From: Orbicella franksi
Lineage: Eukaryota
Length of the DNA stretch: 64,000 nt
Direction of reading: 5' to 3'
NCBI GenBank assembly: GCA_964199315.1
Contig: OZ116712.1
Location: 3,534,001-3,598,000, forward strand
The notes beneath the pieces are model-generated. The model did not search any database. It was not told the origin of the DNA and was given only the letters and a program-made list of their open reading frames with translations. The translations under genes and the position numbers were made by a program. Below are positions 63,347-64,000 of this stretch, one piece after another; positions within the stretch are counted from its first letter, which is position 1; each line of letters starts with the position of its first letter.

Positions 63347-64000
63347 CTAGTTGTCTTTGCAGAGTATTATTTTAACTAATCTTTTAATTTCATTTCGGAT
63401 ATCGTTCATTCTCCACAAGTAAAGAAATGGATTAAGTGAAGAAGACAAAAATACAATCATTAAAGATAGATCAAGTAATGACGACGTCAGAGACTTGTAC
63501 TCACTTCCCAAAGCTACCGACACCGCAAAGATTATAAAAATGGGGGAGTAACTAACATAAAAAATCGCTAAGATATATAGGACGGTGTGCACAGATTTTC
63601 TGTACTTAGCAACGTTGATCGTTGGTTGAGCAGAGGGTCGAGATAAACAGTTGAGTTGAATCTGCTGCTGATGATTTCGGATTATTCGAAAAACTTTAAC
63701 GTAAGCTGTTGAGGTAACAATAACGCAAGCCAATAGGAATGACATGGAAGCGATCTCTGTTCCAGGTTCGTTATTGAAAACGGACAGTACGCGACATATT
63801 GGAGACGGTAGTATGATGAGATAAAGTACTGCCAGTGTAGAGTAGACGCGAGGCACTGTAAGCAGAGAACGTCGGGTCATATGCAGCCAACGTTCGATGG
63901 ACATTAATGTAATGATGGAAGTCGTCATGGGAATAAAGTACGTTGCAGACCCGCTGGCGATTGCTACTACTGTTGGGTTAACAGGCGAACCTGATAGGTT
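63347..64000 (-). CDS. GPCR-e third copy, 3-prime part; runs off the window end
   Basis: The frame is open from 64000 to the stop at 63347, and ERW is intact (TGG), unlike unit-1 e. Confidence 0.88.
   Translation of the reverse strand, partial: NLSGSPVNPTVVAIASGSATYFIPMTTSIITLMSIERWLHMTRRSLLTVPRVYSTLAVLYLIILPSPICRVLSVFNNEPGTEIASMSFLLACVIVTSTAYVKVFRIIRNHQQQIQLNCLSRPSAQPTINVAKYRKSVHTVLYILAIFYVSYSPIFIIFAVSVALGSEYKSLTSSLLDLSLMIVFLSSSLNPFLYLWRMNDIRNEIKRLVKIILCKDN

Larger units (their letters stand above)
60941..64000. repeat. Partial third copy of the d/e region, interrupted by an insertion
   Basis: 60941-60980 matches ~37716-37756, and 62557-64000 matches ~37757-39200. Confidence 0.9.

Overview
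Eukaryotic, AT-rich, intron-containing DNA. The repeat families, the WSC-like domain and the GPCR type suggest a cnidarian, probably a stony coral (inference, not verified). Left part (~1-26.5 kb): four genes for apparently secreted, low-complexity proteins, reconstructed by hand from splice sites. Gene A is on the minus strand; genes B, C and D are on the plus strand. D has at least 10 exons, Gly/Met/Asn repeats and a WSC-like domain. The four proteins are otherwise unalignable but share short motifs: V-x-AHASDK in A and D, and PP-x6-[FL][KR][IV]xxMS[TP]A[EQ]xxF in A and B. This suggests an old family of tandemly duplicated secreted disordered proteins, possibly undescribed. Right part (~27.6-64 kb): ten minus-strand, single-coding-exon class A GPCR loci, produced by a ~14.2-14.6 kb tandem duplication plus a partial third copy. 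Pseudogenisation is one-sided, one receptor is a gene-conversion chimera, and one lineage has lost helix 8. Many non-autonomous mobile elements are present: MITEs, a tRNA-derived SINE, a Helentron-associated-like element and a tRNA-like A-B-A insertion. No CRISPR, rRNA or functional tRNA genes were seen. All exon models and counts are manual and unverified by tools.
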